From Phoronis australis (taxonomy: Eukaryota; Animalia; Phoronida), in the NCBI GenBank assembly GCA_002633005.1, contig NMRA01000069.1:363740-427739 (forward strand): a stretch of DNA of 64,000 nucleotides, written 5' to 3'. Position numbers and translations under genes: made by a program. Of this stretch, positions 23,256 to 35,168 are shown in pieces (the stretch's first letter is position 1; every line of letters starts with the position of its first letter). Under the pieces are notes generated by a model that saw nothing but the letters and a program-made list of their open reading frames with translations, had not been told where the DNA came from and made no database searches.

Positions 23256-24255
23256 CGCGCGAAGAGGTAAGGAAAGTCACAGGGGCACCGGGAAGTGAAG
23301 TGGTTAAAAGAGTTCAGCGACTTTCGGAGATGCCAGAAATTGGTCAAATTTCTGGCGTTTCGGTTTTTAATAGCCCATCAGTGCACTGAATGTAACTGTA
23401 GTGAATCAGTAATTATGAAAAAAATGCGTAAAACTCGTCCACCGGCATACGCACCTGAATGAGTCGTCTTCATTTCATTTCAGAAGTTGTCACGGTGTAT
23501 AAGTTGCCGAGGATACGCACCACAGACGGTGGGAAAGCTTCCCACACGAATCAAGGGGCGACCGACATGGAGAGGTGCTGCACAATGGACGGCCGGGGTC
23601 TGCGGGGTCGGCCTCGACCAGCGACGAACGCGTTCGAACGCGGAACTAGGCGCACAACGGGGCGCCGTGGAGATATACGGCGACAAATGGCGACTGAGCG
23701 GGGTGGCGCAATAAGTGGAGTGGCACGAAAATTTTGGTGACGACCAAGTCTGGGACGTTGGGGCGCGGCAGCTTGATAACTATACAAATAGTTTCGATTT
23801 CCTCCATCCCAAATTTTTATCAATCTCCGTCATGCAGTTCACTAGAAATGCAATCACTCTTTAGTTAGTTTGAGCTCCAGGTTTTTAGCTAGATAAAGTA
23901 AAAAGTCTGTCCTCATTTAGTTAATCAATTTGACAAAACATCTGTCTAAAGATGTGCCTTCAATATGACTACCTGCCAACGCGCTCGACTCCGCGGCGGT
24001 TCAGGTCCTTACGTCCAGGGCGCTCGAGTGGCCGGCAGACTGGTAGCTGAATTGGATGACATGACGATTGAGAAAACTGCTATGACAGGACAACAAATTC
24101 TGCTCAATGTCAAGTTGTGTAAGAAGTGTTACCTGTTGGGTTTTTCCGACGAAACTTAACGCGTCCGGCGGGTTTTTTTTTTCGATGGTTCTATACTTGG
24201 CCTCTAGGTGGTGCTCGAGAATGAAAGCAAACAATATGCACAATGAACATTGAAC
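23256..24255. repeat. Duplicated block A'
   Basis: Homologous to 5745-6735 (see that feature). Confidence 0.9.
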
Positions 24256-24914
24256 TTTTTTCTTTACTGGCCCTCTACCGGGGTTTGGCCGGACAGACGT
24301 AAAACTTCTTAGCATAGTTCAATTACCATAATTAAGCATAACTGATATTATTAAGATGGCAACAAACATCAAATTACAAAATTATGAGAGAACCTAAAAT
24401 CTCAATTTTGGCAAAAGGTCATATATTTTAAAATTAAAATATTGGCATCTGCACAGCTCCAATCATTGTTATGAGCAATGCTTTTTCATTGACCAAGCAG
24501 AAACAACGAAGGAACTGAAAATTCGTGAGGCTCTTGTAGAACAAGCAGAAACAACAAAAGAACATCAACTGGTGTACGCCCAATCTCAATAGGCAACTGA
24601 GACACCACAAGTTGTCATTGTCTAAAGTCTAGTCCATCGTCAAGCCGATTTAAATCCATCGTCGTTTTTATCAATAAAATGACTAACAAAAAATTCTTAC
24701 AAAAATAAAACCTAGTAGGTATAACTGTTCAAATGTATATGAGAAAATAGGTTTATAAAAGTAGAGTAGGCTATAAAATTATTACTCTAATTAGTTAGGT
24801 TGTCTAACTGTTCTGTGAGATCTAGTTATGAGGTTTGAAGCACTGATGTATTTCGTCTTGTTTCATTTTCACAAATGTATTATTTGAAATCCGAGCAATG
24901 GCATTTTCATCGAA

Positions 24915-25256
24915 TTTATAACGTTCAGATAAATTTCCATCAGAGTTGCTATTCATGGTATGAAATATACTAATATACGTTACAATCTAATAAAAGCTGT
25001 CTCCTCCGATCAGCAGAGTATGAACATCCCGAAAGGTAAGGCTCGCTTGTAACCTTAGACGCAGGTGGATGGCCTTTGCACAAGCACACGTTTTCCTCTG
25101 GATATAGACACACGCATTGTCCTTGACAAACCGTATTATCAGTTGTCCATGTCAAATACGACTTGTCTGTGCCTTTCCTTGGTTACAACTCACACTGGAC
25201 GTTCTCAGGCTTACTTTTGTGGTGTGTAAACCCAGCTACTATAGACCAATATTCAA
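24915..25256. repeat. Duplicated block B'
   Basis: Homologous to 7690-8020, with an extra duplicated cacacg segment. Confidence 0.9.
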
Positions 25257-25511
25257 TAACTAGTCTAAATCTGTCATAAAAAACAAATTTGACGGTTTTC
25301 GTCGTATTTGTCGCAGAGGATTCAGCTTTAGCGTATTTATCTGGGTAAAGACATCGGCCTTCATTTCAGAAAAAGTTTGGCACAACCCGGCGAGTGAGGA
25401 TTCATTTGGCACTTGTAATAAAATCAAAGCGAGGCACGCTGCCGAAGAGTGCAAGTCTCTAGAAAAGCATTGTTTCTCGGTCATTGTTACCGGTTTCAGA
25501 AATGGGTCTTT

Positions 25512-25731
25512 ATTTATTTATTTAAACTTCTTTAAAAGACTGGGTGACACTGATTTTCATGTGAGCCCAGTCGGAAATAATTACATGAAGTAAAATACAG
25601 AGAGCTATGTACAATTACATTGAAAAGATTAATAAATAAATAAAACAAATTAGTATAAAAATTAGTCATTGTGTACAATTTGATGAATAAATAAAATAAA
25701 AAGAGTTAAAAATGATGAGATGAGGCCTAGA
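25512..25731 (-). mobile_element. Short retroposon 3' tail, heavily truncated LINE or SINE
   Basis: (TAAA)n tail on the minus strand next to a gactggg...cccagtc hairpin. Possible TSD gtcttt at 25506 and 25732. It interrupts a degenerate gttaccggtttcag repeat (copies at about 25486, 25773 and 25983). Confidence 0.45.
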
Positions 25732-26807
25732 GTCTTTGAAAATTTCCGAGATAAAGCATCGTTTATCGGCCGTTGTTCTCGGTTTCAGTTCTGAAAAACT
25801 GAGGCAGGCCGGGGAGGAGGGTGGCCACCCAAATCTTGCCGGCTCGGCAAGCAAACACCCGGAAATTGACTCAACTTAACTTAAGTGCAAGTTGGCCAGT
25901 GTCATGGCGAGCTCCCGCCGACTGGAGACGCGAATTTCGAAAACATTTCTAAGTCCCTAGAGAACACCGTTTATCGGCCATTGTTACCGGTTTCAGGAGT
26001 ACGTTTTGTGCAAACAGGAGGTCATTGAATTTTTTTAAGTCTCGGCAATCCGAAGGCGACTAACTGTCGCGCCGTCCCGCAATGCTGTGGCATACCAGAG
26101 AGGTGTGCAACGCCCGTTCGCCAGACGGTAAAAGGCCCCACCCGGCCTGTAGTCTCCGGACGACGGTGCTGGCGGCTATCCATTATGTCATTATGACAGT
26201 GCTTTTTACCCACCTCTCTCCACCGACCGGGAAAGGTTCATGCCAGTGGGTGTTAACGTGTGCATGGAATTGAATTTGCGGGGGTTTCTGCGGTGAAGTA
26301 AATTGCTACCATTTAAACGGTAACAATTTTTTCGTGTGTGCATTCTACCCCATGTATATGATTTGATTATAACAAGGGCCGGAGGCCTAGTTATTGAATA
26401 CATTTATTATAATTATTATTATACCATGCTGCTGTTGTGAAAAGGAATCCTAAATTCAGGCCTCAACATGTATATAACAAATATTTACGTGGAAAAGGGA
26501 AACGTTAATTTATTAAGTCTTTGTATTAATATGTATACAGAAAAGAGAACTATAACTTAAACCTATTGATATTATAGAAAAATACACTTCAAACACGATA
26601 CAAGCACTTTCTGCCCATCAGGAAAAACATGCGTGTTCTCCATATGTGGACACAATATTCTGTATTCCGACCTTTCTAAAAAGGAGCGCCATAACCTATG
26701 CCTGCGTTCTGATAGAGGGTTTGTGCACCACACCGTCAAATGAAATTTTAAAACTTGTCTACTGAATTCCAATGTTTAGTGGTGTCGTATTTGCCACTAT
26801 TATGACC

Positions 26808-27168
26808 CACCAATTGGACACATTACGGTCACATTAAATTTTCGAAAAATTTGCCGGTCTTGTTTTTTCCGATTCAGGTAACTACGGGACCGGGAGGGGG
26901 CAATGCAGCACTTGTTTTTTTTGTTTTTTTTTTACAAAATAATGTGTTTGGATTTATCGGTGTTGTCCGACAACGGTTGCACCCATTTTATGTTCTCGGA
27001 GAGTTCAGAAGAACTGGGATTGACCAAGTCCATAGCCAGGTAACAATTTTCGAAGTGCTTTTAATAACTAACAAAGGTACATAAATCTGGCCCAATTATT
27101 ATCATTGTTTTTAATTTTGGCAGTTTAATTTTATATGACTGGGTCCACAACGTCAAAATGACGTCACA
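26808..27168. repeat. Duplicated block C', immediately upstream of the convertase gene
   Basis: Homologous to 10244-10601. Confidence 0.8.
27159..27166. promoter_or_regulatory. Palindromic CRE (CREB/ATF site) in the putative promoter region
   Basis: TGACGTCA lies about 440 nt upstream of the convertase ATG, with TGACG half-sites at about 27222, 27328 and 27483. It is retained in the duplicate block at 10592. Confidence 0.45.
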
Positions 27169-27603
27169 CTAAACAGGCGAATACGTTTGGTTGTATCACG
27201 TTACATTCATTGTTGCCATTGTGACGCACAATACCATGTTGCTCAAGCCGGGATCGAGGATTTTAGTTTGTAAAATACTCAAAGTGTGTCACTATAGTAT
27301 TGAGAGTTTTCAAGCAACATCCGCTCTATGACGCCATATTGTGGGAGTCCGCTGTTAGGGGAAGACGTGTGTTGAGAGTGTGGTCGTTAAGTTTAAGGAT
27401 TCGTTGTCATCTGAAATGGACGAGAGAACAGTTTGCTGACAGAGAGCATGACAAGACACCTTGCTCCACGTATGCCAAACACTGACGTAGTTTCTCTCAG
27501 GATTCTATGCGAAATAAATTTGCAAATCTACGTCAAAAAATAGTGAACGGACGAGGAAGTTAACTTGGCCTGTGTAAATATAAAGAACTATAGTTGGAAA
27601 ATC

Positions 27604-27768
27604 ATGGACTTCCCTAGCCCATATTTTGTATACATTTTATTTTGTATCAAATTCATTAATGCTGCGGCAGATCCAGTTTACTTGAATGCTTGGGCAGTTC
27701 ATGTGAAAGGTGGTGAACGAAAAGCCAGAGAAGTTGCGAGAAGACATGGATTTGCGTATGTGAACCAG
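27604..27768 (+). CDS. furin: Furin-like proprotein convertase (peptidase S8B), first coding exon: signal peptide and N-terminal prodomain
   Basis: MDFPSPYFVYILFCIKFINAAADPVYLNAWAVHVKGGERKAREVARRHGFAYVNQ|gtaatg (55 codons, phase 0) matches the PC prodomain pattern (furin FTNTWAVRIPGGPAVANSVARKHGFLNLGQ) with the conserved intron position. A likely acceptor tttctctcag| lies at 27500. Exact paralog assignment (furin vs other PCSK) is tentative. Confidence 0.9.
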
Positions 27769-30193
27769 GTAATGTAAACTATAACAGCAAAAACGAAAGT
27801 GTTCGTTTGAATAATGACTATTGATATTTTTCTTCGAATATTTGCTCTTACAGTGTTATTTATGATTGGCCTTCATAGGAAAAATTGGGCAATGAATGTA
27901 TATATGGCATTTTCAGTTTCAGTGGATGTGTGGGATGACTTAAAATGTTACAAGTATAACCCTGATTCAGTCCTTTCATCGTTAAAAAAACAATTTGCTA
28001 AGCCAAAGTATTGTTGTCCCTTGGGTGGTCACACATTTTAATGGTTTGTCTATCAGCGCCTGCTCTGGGGCAGGGGCTGGTCGGCTCATGTGTTGTTGGG
28101 TAACTTGCCTTGACTGATGGTTATCACTGGGAGCTGGCAATAACTTTTGAGTGAAAATACACTAAAACGCATGAAGGCATAACATATTTGGACTTACTTG
28201 TCAATAAGCTATGATTTTTTTATGTCTGACCCTTTACACGAGTTTTCAAAATTAATTTAAATCTAACCCTATTACAGTGCAATTTACTTGACCACATGTT
28301 ACATAATTTGCATATTTATGATTAAACATCAAAATAAGACGATCTTATTTTTGTCAGTTACCCAATCTATTATTAGTTTATAATTTAGTTTGTTTTGCCA
28401 ATGAGAAAGTGAATAGGTTGAGCATTCCTGTTATCGTAGGGTGATCACCTGTCCTCCTTCAGTAACTACAGACGTATTCACTAACGTGTCATTAGGCCTC
28501 ACCCTGGCTAAAATATCACTCATGTTGTTATATCTACCTTTCAAGTGTTGCGGAACACCTGTGGGGGCGTTGATGTCTTTACGTTCTGATTTATCGTATT
28601 TGTTCAAGTTGTAACAAGTTAAATACAGAGATGTAAACGAATGATCTGTAATTGATATATCACTGTACACTCTTATGATGTGGAAGTGTTTATTCATCCC
28701 TTAACTGGTATGTAATGAACAAAGCAATTATGTGACAGGGAAAAGGCACTCACAGTTTTATACATTCTTAATCTTTATGTTTGTAGATAAAAACTTATAC
28801 TGACGTTGTCTGTGTAAAAAGTTTCACATTTAAAGATTTTTTTAATAGGGAGAGTCCTAAAAATTGCAGTCTCGGGTAAAATCTCACCAATTTGAGACGT
28901 GGTATAACCGACGAGTGAAATTTTATTTTATCGTGTTTTTCCAATGAAAGATATACACTTAAGCCAGCATCAAATTAAATGCTTTTCCATGTTCAAGTTT
29001 TGTACTGTAGCTACTATAGGGGCGATCGCAACAGTGTTAGAAGCCCTTGAAAAATGAAGAAATGTCCATTTGTGATAATTATTCGTTTCTGGAATTAGTG
29101 ACATTTTTTTCGTACTCTCAAGACTCTTGGAATTATTGTCAAATCTCTAAGGCACACATCACAAGTGTTGCCTCAGCCATGTATGTTATACTTGACGACA
29201 TTAGTTGAAAGTCGTTCTTTTGACAACAGTGGAGCATCGATGGTCATGAACTGTGGAGATAGGTCCAAAATTGAAATCCTTAGGCTTGACCCTCTTGCAC
29301 TGGTTAATGAACAGAGAAGCCCCCATTGATCGTTCATCTAAACTGATTATTTCTTCAAAACCCAGTGAAGGCCTGAGTGTTCACGCGCGGAATTGATTGA
29401 TCATAGCCTACCGCATGAAAATGATATCCGTGACGTTCAATTTGATTACGTGACTATTGGTTCCTGTGCACTTGTTTTGTCTAATGGTGCGTTTAGACAT
29501 TTCCAGTTGAACCGTGTTGGCTCTCCTTCACACTGGCAGGCATTCAGGGGAGTTAACATCAGAAGTCACTCTGTGCAGACCGACAGAGTCAGTACATATG
29601 TACAAGGGTATAGATGAGGCTCCAAAGATGATAGGGCACAAAATGGGTGCCAAGAAGTTTCAACTATGGCAAGGAACAATTTGATAGAAATTTCATTCTT
29701 GTAAATTTGTTTTCAGTTTCAAGGTTTTCTTGTCAGAACTTCTTAAAAACAAGTAGATGACTTTCAAAACGACTTCCGTCTCTTTTGGATGGTGCAGGTG
29801 TAGATATAAATGATCACAACATGTTCTCATGCACGTTCATTATACGCAACACATTCACACGCACATTCATTACACATAAATCGTTCATATGCACGTTCAT
29901 TATGCACCATCGTAAGAATTCATAGCAAGCAACTCTGAGTTAGAGCGTTTGTTCTATTTTGACTTGTTATCCTTCTATTTCTGACAGCTGTGTGTAGCAA
30001 AGTTCTGACTGCTTCTATTAATGTATTTCACGTTTCGTGATGCGTGTTGTAGCTTGCAGGTATGACTGGTTTGTCTACAAGGTGTAAAATGGTTTGAAAG
30101 GATGTTGTGGTGCATTATGGGATAAAATGTTCGATGAAGAGCAGCACTGGTGGCATGTAGCTAATGTTTGCTGTTTCCTTGTTGATCAAGGAT

Positions 30194-30260
30194 GCTGAAT
30201 TTTGAGAACCAGTTTTCTCTACTGAATAACTGGTATCAAACTGGTTCTCAAAATGCAGTA
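30194..30260. repeat. Short hairpin element; longer copy at 35065-35168
   Basis: attttgagaaccagttt ... aaactggttctcaaaat is a perfect inverted repeat around a conserved loop containing actgaataac. Confidence 0.85.
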
Positions 30261-30646
30261 TCTCTGTAAGTAACTATTGCCTGAGAAGCGATGTCATTGT
30301 TGCTTGCGCATTTTACAAAGTTCATTGAGGAAGAACAGTGTTCGGGTTACTGACCATAAGTAAATTTGAACTACAAATAATTGATAAATAAATGTCTTTG
30401 ACAATCATAATTCGTCAACCTTGGCACCAAAATTCCGTCCACACACGGTCTTGCCCTAGAACAAGCTTGTCCTGGAACGAGTTGTCATTATGTTTGGAGG
30501 CTGACTAGATGCTACTTACACTAGCGAAAAACTTACTCCACCTTATCGAGGTTGGGGTTCCTCTCTCTTGTACTAAGTCCCCTCTCAGAAGGCACTGGTA
30601 TTTTTCGCCTCAGTTGAACGAGGGCCTTGACATGTTAGCTTATGTG

Positions 30647-30840
30647 CAGTGGCGAATTTAGGGGGGGGGGGTAGGGGGCAAGGGGCCATGCCATCCCCCC
30701 CCCAAAATTCATCCCAGATTCCATTTGGCAGTTCGAGGGTGCGAATGTCTGATGGGCAAAGTCCTGGTTAATACTCTGCCCTGTGGCTCTGCCCTGTGGC
30801 CCTGCCCCCTCCCCAACTTAAAATCCTGGATCAGCCCTTG
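30647..30840. mobile_element. hAT-like MITE; related copies start at about 19195 and 39910
   Basis: cagtggcgaatttaggggg ... cctggatcagcccttg, with flanks atgtg / atgtt. The internal cccagattccattt...ggtgcgaatgtctga-gggcaaa is shared with the 19195 copy. Confidence 0.7.
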
Positions 30841-33800
30841 ATGTTGTGCATGGGTTGGTTCCATTTACTCCTTCCACTTTGTCTATTTGTAACAAATCAT
30901 CGGTCCTCATCACAGAGCTTGTCTCATATTGAATGGATCGATAGCTTGTGTTGCCAACTCTGGTGAGTACGCCCTTGCAAGTATCTTCTCCAGCAGCTAA
31001 TTTGGGATTTGCGGCATCGTCTCAGGTAGTGCATTTATTGGTTTAGCGATAACGCCCCCTGGTGAGACATGCATTGGGATTCTACACTCATTTGATGTAC
31101 TATGTAGGGGACAAGTGAAATTTTATTTTATTAAATTCACCAACGAAAGAAATTATGAATAACACTTTAGTCCATTATTTCTAGTAAGGTAACCAGTCTT
31201 TGAAAAATAAGAAAAAATATTTTGGCAATCATTTAAATTGTGCGAAATAGAGAAGTGTTAGTGCGATGACCAGGATCAAGGTGTAGTCATTGTACATTGA
31301 CTCGCGATTGAATTTTCATAACACGATACTATCTCAGGTACCCGATTGCCCAGGTATTGCATTGGTCTTGATCTTGAATGCCTGACGGCACTCCTGAACC
31401 CATTATGTGAAGGTAAACCTCCTATGTCTTTGGACTCCTGCCAGAGTGATTTTTGAAGATAACATTTTGCAACTTAATCAGATCTTATGGCGTTTTCTCC
31501 GTTATTGAAACTCCTTCATTGTTAAAATTCTTAGCAATTCTCCTTAGCTTTCCTCTCCATTAATGACATCAAAGTGACTGTTAGTTCTTGGGATTAAACG
31601 CCAGATGGCGTAGTTGATTTGCATTGTTGATTGAATCCATGTGGTGTAATTGCATCTCGCAACCTGTAGCGATTCCTCCCATCAGAGTGGAGTTGACTTT
31701 TTCCATTGCACAACTCCAGCGTTTTATCTACAGATTTGGAAATGAGTTGCGATGGCTGTTTTAAGTCCGGAAGTGTGCTTTCTCACTGACCAAAACTATA
31801 CAAAACTGGAGGTGGTGGGAAAGTGACTTTAGACTCATGATGACATGAGGTGTGGTCTGCCATTCACACTGTTTCCATATGGCTGATCAGCTTCCTAGCC
31901 TGTCCTGGGGTATAATCTGCCCTTCCAATCCAATTAGGTTGCCTGAGTCCCTGATTTCACCCTTGACCTGGAAAGTCTGTCGCCATTATTTGACCAGGAC
32001 CAAGACAAAAGGTCCTTGTTAAGGAGCAGAAGTTTTTAACAATGGTCTATTTCCCCTAGTGTATTTTTACAGCTATACTTGTGAGTTATGACTGAATGTC
32101 ATGGTTACGTGACGTAGCCCGTGTGTATTTTGGTACAAAAAATCATAGCTTTGAAAGGAGCTGATTTTTGTCATGAATGGATGTTAGAGCATCTATTTTA
32201 AGCATCTTTCAAATTCATCCGCTCTATTCACCCAAGAGCCAGTAAGCGTAGCCAGTTTTATTCAATATTGTTTAAACAGATCCAAGCATATTTAGCTCAC
32301 CTCATTATCACAGTCCACCCCTTATTCTGCATGAACAGAATAGCCAGTGGGTACTGATTTATCCAAGATGTTGGCTGCGATTTGAAATCGTATTCCCCTC
32401 CACATGTTGAAGTAAGAACGCAGGAGATGCTACCTTAGAAATTCTTCAGTTTGTGAGAATTCCTAAAATTATCGTCTTTCCATTTTTCAAAGTAGCCATT
32501 TCCATTGCTTCAAATGCTAAACATTTCTTCCTGATATTGCTCAGTGTCAGCTTCACCATTGCATTTGGAGAGTGCTCACCACTTGACAGCTGAAAATGTC
32601 CGCTCGAAAATACCACTGACGGCATATTTGTACTTGTATTTCCGAATTTGGGCATCCAAAAAATGTCGAACGTCTGGCGCCTGTACAAGTGACACAAGTG
32701 AGTCCAGTTTTCTGCGTGTATTTTACTTTTTACGCTTGTTTTATCCAGCATTTGCTCACTTACGTCGAGCCCTGCTGCGTTTTTGTTCAACAGTTATTTT
32801 TTGTTCAGAAATTTGATAAAAACAAAATTCCACTTGTCTGCCATGCGGTGTCCCAGAACTGAAGATTTTTTTGTCGCATATTGTCTCTGGAAATAATTTT
32901 TCTCCCATCATTCCGCACTGCACAAATATCGTAGGTTATTCTACATGGATATGTGTGTGTGGTTCCTGACACAGGCACTTGTATATTTTTCTGTCTTTGC
33001 ACAGCTTTCGCCATCTGTGATAATGCTGTAGGGCTGAAGATCTGAGGCACCTCTCATGGCTACCATCTGCTCTGCATTCCCCATGGCCTGTTTTGATTAA
33101 TTACATTTTCCTCTGGCCAGATTAGCAGGGATTAAACACCATCCTTTCTACTTTGCTTCACACCAATTTTCCTGATGAAGTCTCAGTGATCCATGCACAC
33201 TTCTGTCTATATGTGCCTGACTGGTTGATGCTTGCATTGTCTATAATATTTTAGGATGGCGATGCTACTGTTTCAGCCTGCTAACTAGGGTCAAATTCAA
33301 AATCTGAAGAGCCTGTAAAAATATTGTACTCATGGCTTAACAAAGAAAAACTTCCAAGTAAAGATTAAGGTTAACACTGGGCAATTTTTTGGAGCTTACT
33401 GTGCTACCAGAGGTCAGTGCATTAAAAGGGATTGATATTATAGGGCTGGACCTCAATGACCGATCACATGGGCGACCTGAAATTTCGAAATGTGAGCCGA
33501 AAGAGGCAACTAGTGTGAATCTCACTATTTTAACAATACCCCAGTGATAGAATTGCCTAACCAAAAGCTGTATGGGAGCTTTTCGTTGTTTTGAGACTCA
33601 GAATATTCATTCAAAGATAACTTATATGGTACCCAGCGGCACACACATGCTGCTTTGACCCCGGTAGGCAAGTACAAGACAGTGGCAGTTCAGTATGCTT
33701 AAGGCCACCGTTTATAATCGGCAGTCTCATTTTTTCGGTCTCGAATGTGAACAATCGAATTCCATGTGCTAGAACTTCTAAGTTCGACCTGAAGTCCACA

Positions 33801-35064
33801 AACGCGTCCTGAGATTTTGACCTGCCAATTTCCATAGCGTCTTAGGCTGTGTTGATAGACAGAATTTTTTAACAAAAGCCACTGGCTTATACAATTTTAT
33901 TATAATGCGCTATCAAGTAAACATTGATTTTTGTTCATGTTCATAACCAATGTTGGCAGTATTTGCTTGAAAAAGCTAATTAATTTGACCTTAGAGATGA
34001 ACGCGTCATGAAACAGTTCATTAATTTGCTACACTAAGGATTAATATTTGTTCACTTGTTTTTCAATGATTCCGCTTTTGGCCTTGGCATCAACAAATTA
34101 GCCTAAGACTGCCTTGAAGTGCTTGGAACATAGCAAATTAAGATGTAACCTTTAAACAACCCAATCCTGTGTACCCAGTTAATGATTTGTAGGCCCATGA
34201 CCCTTGACATTAAAACATCTATGTGAAAACACGTGGAGAAAATGTTAGTTTTGAGTAACTGGTTGGTTACCCCAGCAGATGGTCCTTAAGTATGTATAAA
34301 TTATCAATTAGTATTAACCACAATATTTAAACCACTGCATTGCTTGCGGCTAGATTGGATTTCAGAGCTAAGTGCAGAGAACAGATACGCTTTTTTTTAT
34401 GCGTAAGCTTTGATTAAGAGATTGGCATTAGGGTGATACCTAACGTACATACCAGTGGTGGTTTCATGAAAGTTTTGATCATCACTACAAAATACTGATT
34501 CTAAAACGTGCCAATTTTAAGGTTATGGATAAGTCTCTGTTTTTAGTTACATATCTTCAAAACTAGATTTCAACTCGATACAGGTATATGAAAAGCCTGT
34601 AGAATTTGTTTTCTGACCTTGTACGAATCTGCTATTGATTAGGTCACGTGACCATGTTTTTTATTAAAATTTAATGACACTGTTACAAATGCACGAGTCG
34701 CACGTAGCGCTAATTGCAAGCTTGAAAGTGGAATAAATCCACTTAGTGACGGTAGATCGTCAAACTGAAGCGAGCAAAGAACTGTTTGATTAGCAGCACT
34801 ACCACTACCTCGCCGTACTAAACAACCAAAATGTAGGGCTCCATCCCTAAACATCAACCACAACATTGGTTGTCACAGGTGGCACTGGATTGGTGTTTAA
34901 ATTTGACCAGGTGTGGTTGATGACATTACCTCGTTTTTAACCATGTGCCGAATTATTATTAAAGTGAAAGTCCCTTATTGTTGGTTTTTATTGGAAAAAG
35001 AAATGAATTTCACTTCCACCAAATTTATTTTCAGGCTTTTCTGTGGCACCTCTACGAAAAAGGT

Positions 35065-35168
35065 AATGGTCTGATATAATATACCCGAATTTTGAGAACC
35101 AGTTTTCTCCACTGAATAACGGGCATCAAACTGGTTCTCAAAATACGGGCACATTATATCGGACCATT
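35065..35168. repeat. Hairpin element of about 100 bp (mini-MITE)
   Basis: aatggtctgatataatatacccgaattttgagaaccagttt pairs with aaactggttctcaaaatacgggcacattatatcggaccatt. Confidence 0.85.

Noticed and set aside
31180-33450. Possible decayed retroelement or transposase coding sequence on the minus strand
   Set aside because: Only faint motif hints (e.g. WVQECRQAFK) appear among many stops. It cannot be supported without a translated search.
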